A DNA stretch of 60,997 nucleotides from the NCBI GenBank assembly GCA_029941135.1, contig JAPYRI010000005.1:1-60997 (forward strand). Reading direction: 5' to 3'. Below, one piece after another: positions 9,863 to 19,609 of this stretch. The position numbers and the translations under genes were made by a program. Position 1 is the stretch's first letter; each line of letters begins with the position of its first letter. The notes below the pieces were generated by a model that was not told the origin of the DNA, did no database searches, and saw nothing but the letters and a program-made list of their open reading frames with translations. Source of the DNA: Alphaproteobacteria bacterium (GTDB lineage: Bacteria > Pseudomonadota > Alphaproteobacteria > JAPYRI01).

Positions 9863-11461
9863 ATGGCCGACCCTTCGAGCACACAATTCACTCCTCGAGT
9901 CAGCACTGCGGACACTGATCGGGTCTCGATCAGAACTTGGATTGCCGTCCTTTCCGGCGTTCTGGGCGGGTTCATGGCCGTGCTTAACATCATGATCACG
10001 AATGCTTCCCTAAAGGATATTCAAGGGGCAATGTCAGCCACCTTGGAAGAGGGCTCGTGGATTTCGACTTCATTTTTAGCCGCAGAAATTGTGATCATTC
10101 CGTTGTCAGGCTGGCTGTGCCAGGTCCTTTCACTACGACGCTACATCATCGGAACCACAATCGCTTTTCTCTTGCTGTCGGTGCTGACCGCTTTTGCCTG
10201 GGACATCTATTCAATGATTGTGATCCGCGCTTTGAGCGGGCTGGCCGGCGGCGCGTTGATACCCGTATCATTCAGCATCATTCTTACAATGTTGCCAGCC
10301 TCCAAGCAGACGATAGGCCTGGCTATTTGGAGTCTCACTGCCACCCAGGCACCGTCACTTGGACCAACATTAGGCGGGTGGATAACCGAAAGCTTCGGCT
10401 GGGAATACATATTTTATCTTCAACTCATCCCGGGCACGGTGATGATACTTGGTCTGTGGTATGGCTTGCCACGTGACAGGATGAGGTTGTCACTATTAAA
10501 GGACGGTGACTGGCTCGGCATTTTTCTGATGGCGGTAGGGCTGGCGGCGCTTACGATCGTCCTTGAAGAAGGCAATCGTAAGGATTGGTTTGAGTCGGCA
10601 CTTATTGTACGCGGCACGATCATCGGCATCGTGGCAACGTCATTGTTTGTGATTGTCGAACTAAATCACCGCCAGCCGATCATAAACCTGAGACTTCTAA
10701 GTCAGCGAAATTTTGGCACCGCTAATCTAGTCAATATTATTTTTGGCATGGGTCTGTTCGGTTCAATTTACTTGGTGCCGCTCTATTTCGCTCAAATCCA
10801 GGATTACAATTCATTTCAAATCGGCACCGTCATCATGTGGACCGGTTTTCCACAAATTATTTTACTGCCGCTGGTCATCAAATTGATGGAAATCATCGAT
10901 CCCCGAAAGCTTGTAGCCTTTGGTATTGCAGTATTTGGGGCGAGCTATTTTATGAACGTGTTTATCACCCATGATTCGGCTTACGATCAATTCATGTGGG
11001 CCAATATTGTACGGGCCATAGGTCAGCCATTTATCATGGTTTGTCTTTCAGTCGTCGCCACCACGGGCCTCGATAAGGACCACGCCGGATCAGCCTCCGG
11101 ATTGTTCAACGGCATGCGCAGTCTTGGCGGAGCAATCGGCATTGCCGCCTTATCAACGTTTGTTGCGCGCCGGCAACACTTTCACTCAAATCACGTGATG
11201 CAGAATTTGTCTTCTTACGACCCCGAGACTGTCGACAAGATAGCTCTACTACTACAACACTTTCTCGATTTTACTGGAGACCCCGATCTCGCTCGAACCC
11301 AAGCCCTCGCGTCGCTTCGCTATACTGCCCGCCAAGAGACGCTCGTTATGGCCTATAGCGACGCATTTTTCATACTGGGTTGTGCGTTTGCCCTCACCAT
11401 TCCAATTATATTCTTTATGGTGCCTGCAGAATTACCCGCAAAAAAATCAAGTGGAGACTAA
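9863..11461 (+). CDS. emrB: DHA2 family MFS efflux permease (EmrB/QacA-like)
   Basis: Many TM segments; WISTSFL, GPTLGGWIT, LEEGNRKDWFES. Adjacent to the EmrA-like gene. Confidence 0.9.
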   Translation: MADPSSTQFTPRVSTADTDRVSIRTWIAVLSGVLGGFMAVLNIMITNASLKDIQGAMSATLEEGSWISTSFLAAEIVIIPLSGWLCQVLSLRRYIIGTTIAFLLLSVLTAFAWDIYSMIVIRALSGLAGGALIPVSFSIILTMLPASKQTIGLAIWSLTATQAPSLGPTLGGWITESFGWEYIFYLQLIPGTVMILGLWYGLPRDRMRLSLLKDGDWLGIFLMAVGLAALTIVLEEGNRKDWFESALIVRGTIIGIVATSLFVIVELNHRQPIINLRLLSQRNFGTANLVNIIFGMGLFGSIYLVPLYFAQIQDYNSFQIGTVIMWTGFPQIILLPLVIKLMEIIDPRKLVAFGIAVFGASYFMNVFITHDSAYDQFMWANIVRAIGQPFIMVCLSVVATTGLDKDHAGSASGLFNGMRSLGGAIGIAALSTFVARRQHFHSNHVMQNLSSYDPETVDKIALLLQHFLDFTGDPDLARTQALASLRYTARQETLVMAYSDAFFILGCAFALTIPIIFFMVPAELPAKKSSGD

Positions 11462-11465
11462 TAGT

Positions 11466-11960
11466 ATGAAAGCCAAATCAGCAAAAACTGATGGCAAAAA
11501 ATTGCCGAAAAATCTAAAGACGTTCGACATCGATAGTTCGCTTGGATTTATTGTCAACCGAACTGCTTATGTACTTCGACAGCGTTTGCAAGAAGCTTTT
11601 CGCTGGCACAACCATACGACAACACCAGAAGAATTTGCTGTATTGCGGGTGTTGTGGAAGCAAGATGGCCGACGCCAAGGAGAGCTCGCCAATTATTCTT
11701 TTAAAGACAGGACAACAATCACACGCTTAATTGACGGTCTTATGCGCAAGAAATTTGTCGAAAGGAAAGCCGATGCTACTGACCGGCGCGTAATATGTAC
11801 GTGGTTAACTAAAAACGGCAAAGACCTTGAGGCTGAACTAGTTCCAATTGCGCATGCACTTGCCACACAGGCGACACAAAATATTTCCGAGAACGACCTA
11901 GAAGCAACGTTGCGTACATTGAAGACGGTCCAGAAAAATGCAGCCGGAATTTTGCACTAA
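11466..11960 (+). CDS. MarR family transcriptional regulator
   Basis: QGELA...DRTTITRLIDGL...VER...DRR...LT.NG wHTH pattern. Start moved to ATG at 11466. Confidence 0.9.
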   Translation: MKAKSAKTDGKKLPKNLKTFDIDSSLGFIVNRTAYVLRQRLQEAFRWHNHTTTPEEFAVLRVLWKQDGRRQGELANYSFKDRTTITRLIDGLMRKKFVERKADATDRRVICTWLTKNGKDLEAELVPIAHALATQATQNISENDLEATLRTLKTVQKNAAGILH

Positions 11961-11997
11961 ATCATGGCAGAACCAGTAGCAAGTAGTCATGCAGCAT

Positions 11998-12612
11998 CTA
12001 GATGGGCGGAAGTTCTTCGCCTGCCGGCACGGCTACTTTAATGGTGTTTAGGGTCATAGAGACCATCGTATAAAAGCCGATTAATCCTATAAGTTCGACA
12101 ATTCCCTGTTCTCCCAGCAACGCTATTCCGTCTTGATAGGTCTTGTCAGAGACCTGGTGGTCAACGTGCAATTGCTGGCAAAAAGTGTATATCGTTTCAT
12201 CATCCGCACGGGTAAAATCGGGTCGTCTATTTTCCTTTATGGCTTGAATAATTTCCTCTTCCACACCAGCCATGGCGGCGAATTTCGCGTGGGCATACCA
12301 TTCATATTGAGCTGTCCAAAACCGTGCCGTTACGATGATCGCCAGTTCAACTTGGCGGGGCGACAGGCTGGACTCAAACCTTAAAAATTTGGCCATATCT
12401 GTCGTACGAACGGCAAATTCCGGACTTTGCAAAAATGCCGTGAAGGGTCCGCCCAGATTGAACTTTTGTTCAGTTGTACCCAGAATGTTTTTGTAGGTTT
12501 CGGCTTGTGCGTCGGTCACAGTGCCCGGCGACCGACTTGCAACAATAATATCAAATGCTTTGCGCTGAGCAGCCGTCAGGTTTTCGAGTGCTAAATTGGG
12601 GATGCGGGTCAT
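11998..12612 (-). CDS. Carboxymuconolactone decarboxylase/AhpD-like family protein
   Basis: GGPF, ELAIIVTARFWTAQYEWYAH and ELIGLIGFY. Confidence 0.8.
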   Translation of the reverse strand: MTRIPNLALENLTAAQRKAFDIIVASRSPGTVTDAQAETYKNILGTTEQKFNLGGPFTAFLQSPEFAVRTTDMAKFLRFESSLSPRQVELAIIVTARFWTAQYEWYAHAKFAAMAGVEEEIIQAIKENRRPDFTRADDETIYTFCQQLHVDHQVSDKTYQDGIALLGEQGIVELIGLIGFYTMVSMTLNTIKVAVPAGEELPPI

Positions 12613-12659
12613 AGTAAATTCCTGCCTGTCGATGGGTTAAAAGCCAGTGAGAGCTGCGA

Positions 12660-13007
12660 TCATTGTTCTTGCGCGCAATCCGGCGCGACCGGATGGGTGT
12701 TGCCAAAAGTCTCTTCTTCACAGTGGGCTAATTCGTGATACAGCAGCCGCAAGAATTTATGGTCGCCCTCTCCTTTTGGCGGCCGCATCCAGACATCGCA
12801 AGACCCGTTATCTTGTCGGACAGCAAACGCCGGTACATCTGTTTCACCGCCACACTGCTTCCACAGTTGATCGATCACATTATCTGATCTGAAATGTAAC
12901 GCGATATCTCTGTGGCCCACATCGCCGTCATAAGAATGGAACGTTCCACACCCTGGAAGAACAATAACGAACCAACTGAAAAATAGTATCGCAACGCGGT
13001 ACTTCAA
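12660..13007 (-). CDS. Small putative lipoprotein with HExxH motif
   Basis: TTG at 13007 follows GGAG and gives MKYRVAILFFSWFVIVLPGC (lipobox), then LLYHELAHC and four further Cys. Confidence 0.55.
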   Translation of the reverse strand: MKYRVAILFFSWFVIVLPGCGTFHSYDGDVGHRDIALHFRSDNVIDQLWKQCGGETDVPAFAVRQDNGSCDVWMRPPKGEGDHKFLRLLYHELAHCEEETFGNTHPVAPDCAQEQ

Positions 13008-13138
13008 CTTCGTCTCCAGTGACACCCGATAAACGCCAAGGTTCATACCATAGCGTTCAGTCGTTGCCAGGACAGACAAATTAAATACTACGCAGGCCTA
13101 TTTCGCCGGTCATTTAGAAACGCGCAGAAGTTTTTTTA

Positions 13139-13384
13139 TCAGACCAGTTCTTCGGCTTTTGCTTTTTCTTCTTCAGGATCAAGCATCCTGTGTAAATGGA
13201 CGATGAAATACTTGGTGTGGGTATCGTCAACGGTCAACGAGGATTTCTCTCGCCAAACTTTGTAGGCCTCTTGGTAATTGCCGTAGATGCCCACCAGATC
13301 AAGTTCTGACAAATCGACAAAGTCGGTTTCGGACGGGTCTTTCAGCTGACCGCCAAACACCAAATGCGGCAGTTGTTTTGTCAT
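13139..13384 (-). CDS. DUF4170 domain protein
   Basis: HLVFGGQL...DLVGIYGNY.EAY.VWR...TVDD...YFIVHLHR.LDP family pattern. AGGA RBS. Confidence 0.85.
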   Translation of the reverse strand: MTKQLPHLVFGGQLKDPSETDFVDLSELDLVGIYGNYQEAYKVWREKSSLTVDDTHTKYFIVHLHRMLDPEEEKAKAEELV

Positions 13385-13401
13385 ATTGCGTCCTTCAGTA
13401 A

Positions 13402-14532
13402 TCAGTCAGAGGGCGGAACAAATATTTCAGGCTGGTCGGCCGGTAATGTCTCTATGTAAAGGGACTGACTGGGGAAAGCGAAACCGGTTCCCGCGCCCTC
13501 AACAATCTCCTTAATCCGGTAGGCCAAATCCTCTTTGATCTCCAGCCAATCGCCCCAATCGGTCGTTCTGGTGAAGCAATACAACATGATATCGATGGAG
13601 GAATCGTTAAAAGCATCGATTCTCACGAAAGTAGAGACTTCCGGAGGGTGGGCGAAGTCATCGCTGCCAAGCACAAAGGCTTCAATTTGATCGCGAATCA
13701 ATCTTAGCTGGTTTACAGTAGTTCTATATTCTACTCCTAATTTCCAATAGATACGGCGATGGGTCATGCGACTGAAGTTTGTCACCGCATTATCCGCTAA
13801 GTTCGTATTCGGGACATGGACCGGGGCTTTGTCGAAACGCCGGATAAGTGTTGAGCGGAAGCCGATACTTTCGACTGTGCCCTCAACAACACCTTCAACT
13901 TTTATCCAATCTCCTTTCAGAAACCGGCGCTCTGAAAGCACTAAAATTCCAGCGATCAAGTTCTTGAACAAATCCTGAGCGCCCAAAGCGACCGCAATGC
14001 CGAACAGCCCGAGGCCGGCGATCAAGGGGGCTACCTTAATGCCCCAAATTTCAAGCACCGTGGCAGCGCCTACTAACATCACGAAGATTTTGATGGTCTT
14101 GATCAACCACTCGAGCAGAGAATGCGTAAGCACTTCTTCCAGGCGCTGAAACAACAAAGACACGGGTTTTATGGCGTTGTACAGAGCCCAAAATATTGCG
14201 ATCGCAATCAGCGACCGTTCAAAATTTGTGGCGATCACCTGCAGTAATTCCGTTGGCTCCAGATACTCAAGCGAAAAGAAAACACCCATAACCACCGGAA
14301 TGAAGCGGATTGGCTTCTCCAGAGCGTCGATTGCATGATCGTCAAACTCAGTCTCGGTACCTTTGGTCCAATTCTTGATCCGATTAATTACAAAGCGGCT
14401 AAATACTTGGCGGATTATGAGAAATCCGACAAAAATCGCCAGTGCGACAACAATTTTACCAATATCGATGCCAAATAGGCCTTGACGCCAAACGTCGACG
14501 ACGAGAAGCCAAAATTCGTGAAGCATTTCCAT
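13402..14532 (-). CDS. mscS: Small-conductance mechanosensitive channel family protein
   Basis: GLFGIAVALGAQD, GDWI, GTVESIGFRST, VPN and FAFPSQ. Confidence 0.9.
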   Translation of the reverse strand: MEMLHEFWLLVVDVWRQGLFGIDIGKIVVALAIFVGFLIIRQVFSRFVINRIKNWTKGTETEFDDHAIDALEKPIRFIPVVMGVFFSLEYLEPTELLQVIATNFERSLIAIAIFWALYNAIKPVSLLFQRLEEVLTHSLLEWLIKTIKIFVMLVGAATVLEIWGIKVAPLIAGLGLFGIAVALGAQDLFKNLIAGILVLSERRFLKGDWIKVEGVVEGTVESIGFRSTLIRRFDKAPVHVPNTNLADNAVTNFSRMTHRRIYWKLGVEYRTTVNQLRLIRDQIEAFVLGSDDFAHPPEVSTFVRIDAFNDSSIDIMLYCFTRTTDWGDWLEIKEDLAYRIKEIVEGAGTGFAFPSQSLYIETLPADQPEIFVPPSD

Positions 14533-14833
14533 AATTCCCTGGCCTTTGCGTCCCTTGAAAATGAATTGGTGAAAACATACATGGGCTTAAGGCCGGGGGA
14601 AAGTGCGGCAAGTGCGCGGCGCTGCCATTTTACGCACCTTCCACGAAATTATAACTTTCGCTAAAATGTCGGCGCGACGGGTTGAAAGGGAGATCTTATT
14701 TTCTAAAAGTCGGCTGGAACCGGCACTTTTCGCCATCAAATTCTGGGTAGGGTCGAGGTAATTTTCTTACTGATCCGAGCGTGCTAGTTTTGTTCGTTAA
14801 ACAGACGATCTCAACTGATAGGCGGCCGGCCGC

Positions 14834-16330
14834 GTGACTTCAGACGACGTTCTCATTCTTTCAATCGATCAGGGAACGACGAGTACTCGGGCAATTGTCT
14901 TCGATACTGCGGGGTCACCTATCGCAAGCGCTCAGCGGGAGCTGCGCCAGATTTATCCGAAACCCGGATGGGTCGAACACGATCCAGAAGAGATTTGGGA
15001 CTCTACTCTACTGGTTTGCAGAGAAGTTTTAGAAAAAGCAGAGCGAAAGAGCAGAAAAGTCGTTGCAATTGGTATCACCAATCAGCGGGAAACGACCCTT
15101 ATATGGGACCGGAAAACCGGCACCCCGGTGGCGAACGCAATTGTTTGGCAAGACCGTCGCACGACAGAGTTGTGTGCCCACCTCAAAGCGCAGGGTCATG
15201 AAGAATATGTAACTGCGACAACCGGCCTAGTGCTCGATCCATACTTTTCCGCAACCAAAATAAATTGGATTCTGGATAATCATCCTGGCGTGCGCGAAAG
15301 GGCTAATCGAGGTGAACTGGCGTTTGGCACTATCGACAGTTTTCTGCTCTGGCGATTGACCGGCGGTAACGTCCACGCCACAGACGCAACAAATGCTGCA
15401 CGGACCATGCTGTACGATATCCATAATAATTGCTGGGATCAGAATCTTCTGCAGTTGTTCAACGTACCAGCCGAAATCCTGCCGAAGGTAAAAGACAGTT
15501 CTGCAAATTTCGGAGCAACCACACCTAATTTGTTCGGTCGGACAATACCAATCACAGGATTGGCCGGTGATCAACAGGCGGCAACTGTGGGTCAGGCATG
15601 TTTTCAACCGGGCATGATCAAATGCACATACGGCACCGGTTGTTTTGCCTTACTGAACACCGGTCCTGACGCGATCCCTTCGACAAACCGTTTGCTCACT
15701 ACAATTGCTTATCGGTTAGATGGCAAAACTACTTATGCGTTGGAAGGCAGTATTTTTGCCGCCGGAGCAGCCGTTCAATGGCTGCGTGATGGATTGGGAG
15801 TGATCGACGAAACTTCCGACACAGAAAAACTGGCTCGAGGAATTGAAGATACTGGTGGACTTTATGTAGTCCCGGCGTTTACCGGACTGGGGGCACCTTA
15901 TTGGGATCCTGATGCACGGGGCGCAATTACCGGTCTCACTTTTCAAAGTGGCGTGCCACAAATCGCCCGGGCGACGCTGGAGGCAGTCTGCTACCAAACA
16001 TACGATCTCTTGACTTCGATGACAGCAGACGGCGCAGCCAAATCCGATACGTTGCGCGTTGACGGAGGAATGATTGAAAACGATTGGCTGATGCAATTTC
16101 TTGCGGACATACTTGAGATCGCTGTGGACCGTCCCAAGATTGGCGAATCCACGGCGCTGGGCGCCGCCTTCCTCGCTGGGCTGCATATGAGCATATATGG
16201 CTCACTTGAGGACATCGCCCGCAAGCGGCAGGCACGAGACAAATTCCTGCCCGCCATGCGTGCTGAACGCCGGGTTGCTCTCCTCACAGGATGGAATTCT
16301 GCGGTTCGACAAGTTGCCACCCGTTCTTAA
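14834..16330 (+). CDS. glpK: Glycerol kinase
   Basis: IDQGTTSTRA, GITNQRET, IVWQDRRT, DPYFSATK, GDQQAA, KCTYGTG and GLGAPYWD. Confidence 0.95.
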   Translation: MTSDDVLILSIDQGTTSTRAIVFDTAGSPIASAQRELRQIYPKPGWVEHDPEEIWDSTLLVCREVLEKAERKSRKVVAIGITNQRETTLIWDRKTGTPVANAIVWQDRRTTELCAHLKAQGHEEYVTATTGLVLDPYFSATKINWILDNHPGVRERANRGELAFGTIDSFLLWRLTGGNVHATDATNAARTMLYDIHNNCWDQNLLQLFNVPAEILPKVKDSSANFGATTPNLFGRTIPITGLAGDQQAATVGQACFQPGMIKCTYGTGCFALLNTGPDAIPSTNRLLTTIAYRLDGKTTYALEGSIFAAGAAVQWLRDGLGVIDETSDTEKLARGIEDTGGLYVVPAFTGLGAPYWDPDARGAITGLTFQSGVPQIARATLEAVCYQTYDLLTSMTADGAAKSDTLRVDGGMIENDWLMQFLADILEIAVDRPKIGESTALGAAFLAGLHMSIYGSLEDIARKRQARDKFLPAMRAERRVALLTGWNSAVRQVATRS

Positions 16331-16411
16331 TCACCTACTCAGGTAACGAGACAGTTGTCAGATGACGATGGTTGTGCGACCTAGGCGCATATATTTCTGA
16401 GAACCCAAATT

Positions 16412-17440
16412 ATGAGCGCCATCGTCAGCCATGAAGTGCATCTCGCCTCCCGCCCCACTGGGGTACCGACTCGGGATAATTTCGATTTTGTCGAGACCAC
16501 GGTCGGCGAACCCGGCGACAGTGAATTATTGGTCAAAAACCTTTGGATGTCGGTCGATCCGGCGATGCGCCCCAGGATGATCGATCGTAAAAGCTATGTG
16601 ACCCCTTATGAAATCGGAAAAGTCCTTGAGGGCCGGGCGATTGGTGTGGTCGTACGGTCTAATAATAGCAACTTCGAAGTGGGAGACTACGTTTTCGGAA
16701 CCAATGGTTGGCGACAATATTATCTGAGCGCCGGTGAGGGACTATCAAAGATAGAGCCTGGCGATGCGCCCTTGGAAGCTTATTTGGGAGCTCTCGGAAT
16801 GACTGGCTTGACCGCCTACGCAGGATTGTTGCGGATCGGTGAAATCAAAGCTGGTGATACCGTGTTTGTGTCGGCGGCGGCAGGAGCGGTCGGTTCCATT
16901 GCCTGCCAGATTGCGAAGAATAAGGACTGCCGGGTGGTGGCAAGTGCGGGCTCTGACGAGAAAGTAGCTTGGCTAAAGGAAGTTGCTCGTGTTGATGGCG
17001 CGTTTAACTACAAAACAGTATCCGACATAAAGGCTGAGATTGCCCACCTTTGCCCGGAGGGTATTGATGTCAATTTCGAAAATGTTGGAGGGGATCATTT
17101 CGAGGGGGCCCTCGCCCAAATGAACGAATTTGGCCGCATTGTTTTGTGCGGATTGATCAGCACTTACAATGACGCGGAATCGGAGCCCGGACCGCGAGGC
17201 ATGTTTATTGCCATTATGCGGCGGCTCAAAATTCAAGGATACGTTGTCATTGATCACTTGGACATGCTTGAGGATTTCCGTGCTGAAATGGCGGCCTGGA
17301 TACGAGACGGAAAAATGCACTGGAAGGAAACCGTATTCGATGGTCTCGAAAACGCACCGGATGCACTCATTGGTCTCTTCCGAGGCGACAATTTCGGCAA
17401 AATGCTGGTGAAAATTGGATCTGATCAAGATACAGATTAG
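16412..17440 (+). CDS. NADP-dependent oxidoreductase (MDR, prostaglandin reductase/CurA-like)
   Basis: SVDPAMR, LGMTGLTAYAGL, SAAAGAVGS, FENVGG and GDNFGKMLV. Confidence 0.9.
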   Translation: MSAIVSHEVHLASRPTGVPTRDNFDFVETTVGEPGDSELLVKNLWMSVDPAMRPRMIDRKSYVTPYEIGKVLEGRAIGVVVRSNNSNFEVGDYVFGTNGWRQYYLSAGEGLSKIEPGDAPLEAYLGALGMTGLTAYAGLLRIGEIKAGDTVFVSAAAGAVGSIACQIAKNKDCRVVASAGSDEKVAWLKEVARVDGAFNYKTVSDIKAEIAHLCPEGIDVNFENVGGDHFEGALAQMNEFGRIVLCGLISTYNDAESEPGPRGMFIAIMRRLKIQGYVVIDHLDMLEDFRAEMAAWIRDGKMHWKETVFDGLENAPDALIGLFRGDNFGKMLVKIGSDQDTD

Positions 17441-17486
17441 GTCGAGGTGGCAATTTACTCACCAATTGTATGGCGGTCCGGGAAAA

Positions 17487-18509
17487 ATGGTGACACGCTT
17501 CTTTCGCGCTTTAACAAGCCAGTTCATTCTTTGGTCAATCCTTTCGGTGGCGCCAAGCAAGGCAGATCAGCCCGCAATTTCGCCTTGGACGTCGGCGCTT
17601 CTTTCCGAATACGCTTACCGGAAAGATGTGAACGCCTATTGTCTAGCTGTAGTCGCGCAAATCGCGCAAAAACCCGCAAACTTCGGCAAGGTAGTCATGG
17701 AAGCGGTCAATCGAGCGCCGGAATTTCGCGAAGCTATACTCGCCGCTACCTCGCAGGCCTTTCCCGGGTTCGCCGACAACATTGACTTCGTGTTGCGCGG
17801 AGGCCTACCCTCCCCTGCTCCGTCGCAACAATTCAGCACCGCTACAAACATCAAATCAAATGGTCTTTCCCTGTGGTCTGGGGAAGTCGAGCTTGGCGGC
17901 AGTCGCTCCACCGGCAACACAGATCGAGACCAAGCCAGTGGCGCTTTCAAACTCAAACATCAGTACGGCTCCTGGCTCAATGAAGCGAAACTGCATTTTG
18001 ATTACGCGCGAAAAGATGACGAAACCAGCGCCCGGCGTTTTGCGAGTAGTCTGCAATCACGTTTTGGAGCATCGAAAGGTTTATATGCGTTTCTGTTCGT
18101 TCAGTACCAAGACGATCAATTCAGTGGTTTCGATTTTGAGGTCACCGAAAGCGGCGGCGCAGGCTATCATATAGTCGACTCCGAGCGGGTAACTTGGAGA
18201 TTGGAGCTGGGACCAGGTGGACGCCAAAGTGTCGTCAGTGAGAGCCACAAGACCGAGAGTGAATTTGTCGGCCGAGCGAGCTCCGAGTTTGTCTGGCGCC
18301 TTTCTGAAAGCGCAAAAATAACTAATGATACTTCCGTTGTGACCGGTAGTGATCGGACCACAACCGAAAATACAATCGCTTTGTCGACAACCATCATTGG
18401 TCAACTATTGGGCCGTGCGTCGTTTCAAGTTCGGCACAGCTCGTCTCCTGTCACTGAAACCAAAGCGACAGACACTCTCAGCAAATTCTCTCTCGCGTAT
18501 CAGTTTTGA
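17487..18509 (+). CDS. DUF481/YdiY-like outer-membrane beta-barrel with N-terminal helical extension
   Basis: Signal peptide, WSGEVELGGSRSTGNT, alternating beta-strand pattern and a C-terminal YQF Bam signal. Confidence 0.75.
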   Translation: MVTRFFRALTSQFILWSILSVAPSKADQPAISPWTSALLSEYAYRKDVNAYCLAVVAQIAQKPANFGKVVMEAVNRAPEFREAILAATSQAFPGFADNIDFVLRGGLPSPAPSQQFSTATNIKSNGLSLWSGEVELGGSRSTGNTDRDQASGAFKLKHQYGSWLNEAKLHFDYARKDDETSARRFASSLQSRFGASKGLYAFLFVQYQDDQFSGFDFEVTESGGAGYHIVDSERVTWRLELGPGGRQSVVSESHKTESEFVGRASSEFVWRLSESAKITNDTSVVTGSDRTTTENTIALSTTIIGQLLGRASFQVRHSSSPVTETKATDTLSKFSLAYQF

Positions 18510-18545
18510 GCGTCGCACCGCATACCCGTGATAAAGCAATGACTT

Positions 18546-19521
18546 GTGTTACGGTCGCCAACCATGGCCATGTGCGAGATTAAGTTTGCGCCCCGACTGA
18601 CGCTGATTGCTTTGCTAAGCGGTTTTCTGACTGTCACTTGCACAGGTATTAAGCACGTGAATACAAACCAAACGGTTTTGGTCAAAACCCCGGGCGCTGC
18701 CGGGTCTTCGTGCGCGCTGAATAACACCAAAGGCTCATGGCAAATAGATAAAACGCCTGGTACTGCCGAGATTGCGCGGAGTCCGGATAGTTTGCATATT
18801 CTCTGCACCAAAATTGGATTTACTGCTGGCGCCGCAACCGTTGAACCCAAGGCCAATGGAATGCCCTGGCAAAACATTGTAAGCGGCGGTTTCTTCGGAC
18901 AGCGTGCCAATGACGCGTCCGACACTGCTTATGAGTATCCTGTTTTGGTTTCGGTTCAGCTCGAACGCGACACCCGTACGCTGGTGGTGAGCATACCTGC
19001 TCCCGAGCCGAGTTCATTACCAGCCGAAACCGCATTACCTTTATCTTCTGAAGAGACACAGAGAGCAGAAGCTAACAATCAAGCAATCCCCAACATCGCC
19101 GAAGCCGCACTGAAAGTCTTGAAACCTAAATTTTTTGATCAGAAAGTTGCCGGCTTCAAAGCCGCCGTCCTCCGCCACAGCCAATCTGTTGGGCATGCGC
19201 GTCGGGCAACATGACAATTTCGTTCGTGTCGTCTTGGATTTCAACCACCGGACCGAATACAGCAGCGGCTTTGACCCTGACGGCCGCATGATTTTGCGCC
19301 TTCTTTCGGCCAAGGCAGTGCCCAAAAGACGCCGCCTCGGTGCGGATAATACGCCAATATCCCGGATCGAAATCACAGCTTCTCCTGATGGCAATGGGTC
19401 GATTGTCGCCATCGAATCCGACGGCCCAATTTCCAACAAAGTATTCGCATTAACGCCGGACGAAATTGGCAGTCACCGGATTGTCATTGAACTTGCGCCG
19501 TTGCCGTCATTGAACGACTAG
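18546..19521 (+). pseudogene. Probable single exported protein gene (lipoprotein-like N-domain plus C-terminal AMIN-like domain) split by a +1 frameshift
   Basis: ORF 18546-19214 and ORF 19135-19521 overlap. Deleting one T from the T6 run at 19131-19136 fuses them (KPK-FLIRKLP). The second part reads MRVGQHDNFVRVVLDF...FALTPDEIGSHRIVIEL, which is AMIN-like. Confidence 0.5.
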
Positions 19522-19609
19522 GAGTAGTCTCATCAAAAAATATTCCGTTGGCGGGCCCCCACCAATCAGCCGTACTTTTACTTAGACTTGAAAGGCGGAG
19601 AACGGCGCG

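Noticed and set aside
19128-19134. Programmed -1 frameshift heptamer AAATTTT
   Set aside because: Joining the two ORFs requires a +1 shift, not -1.
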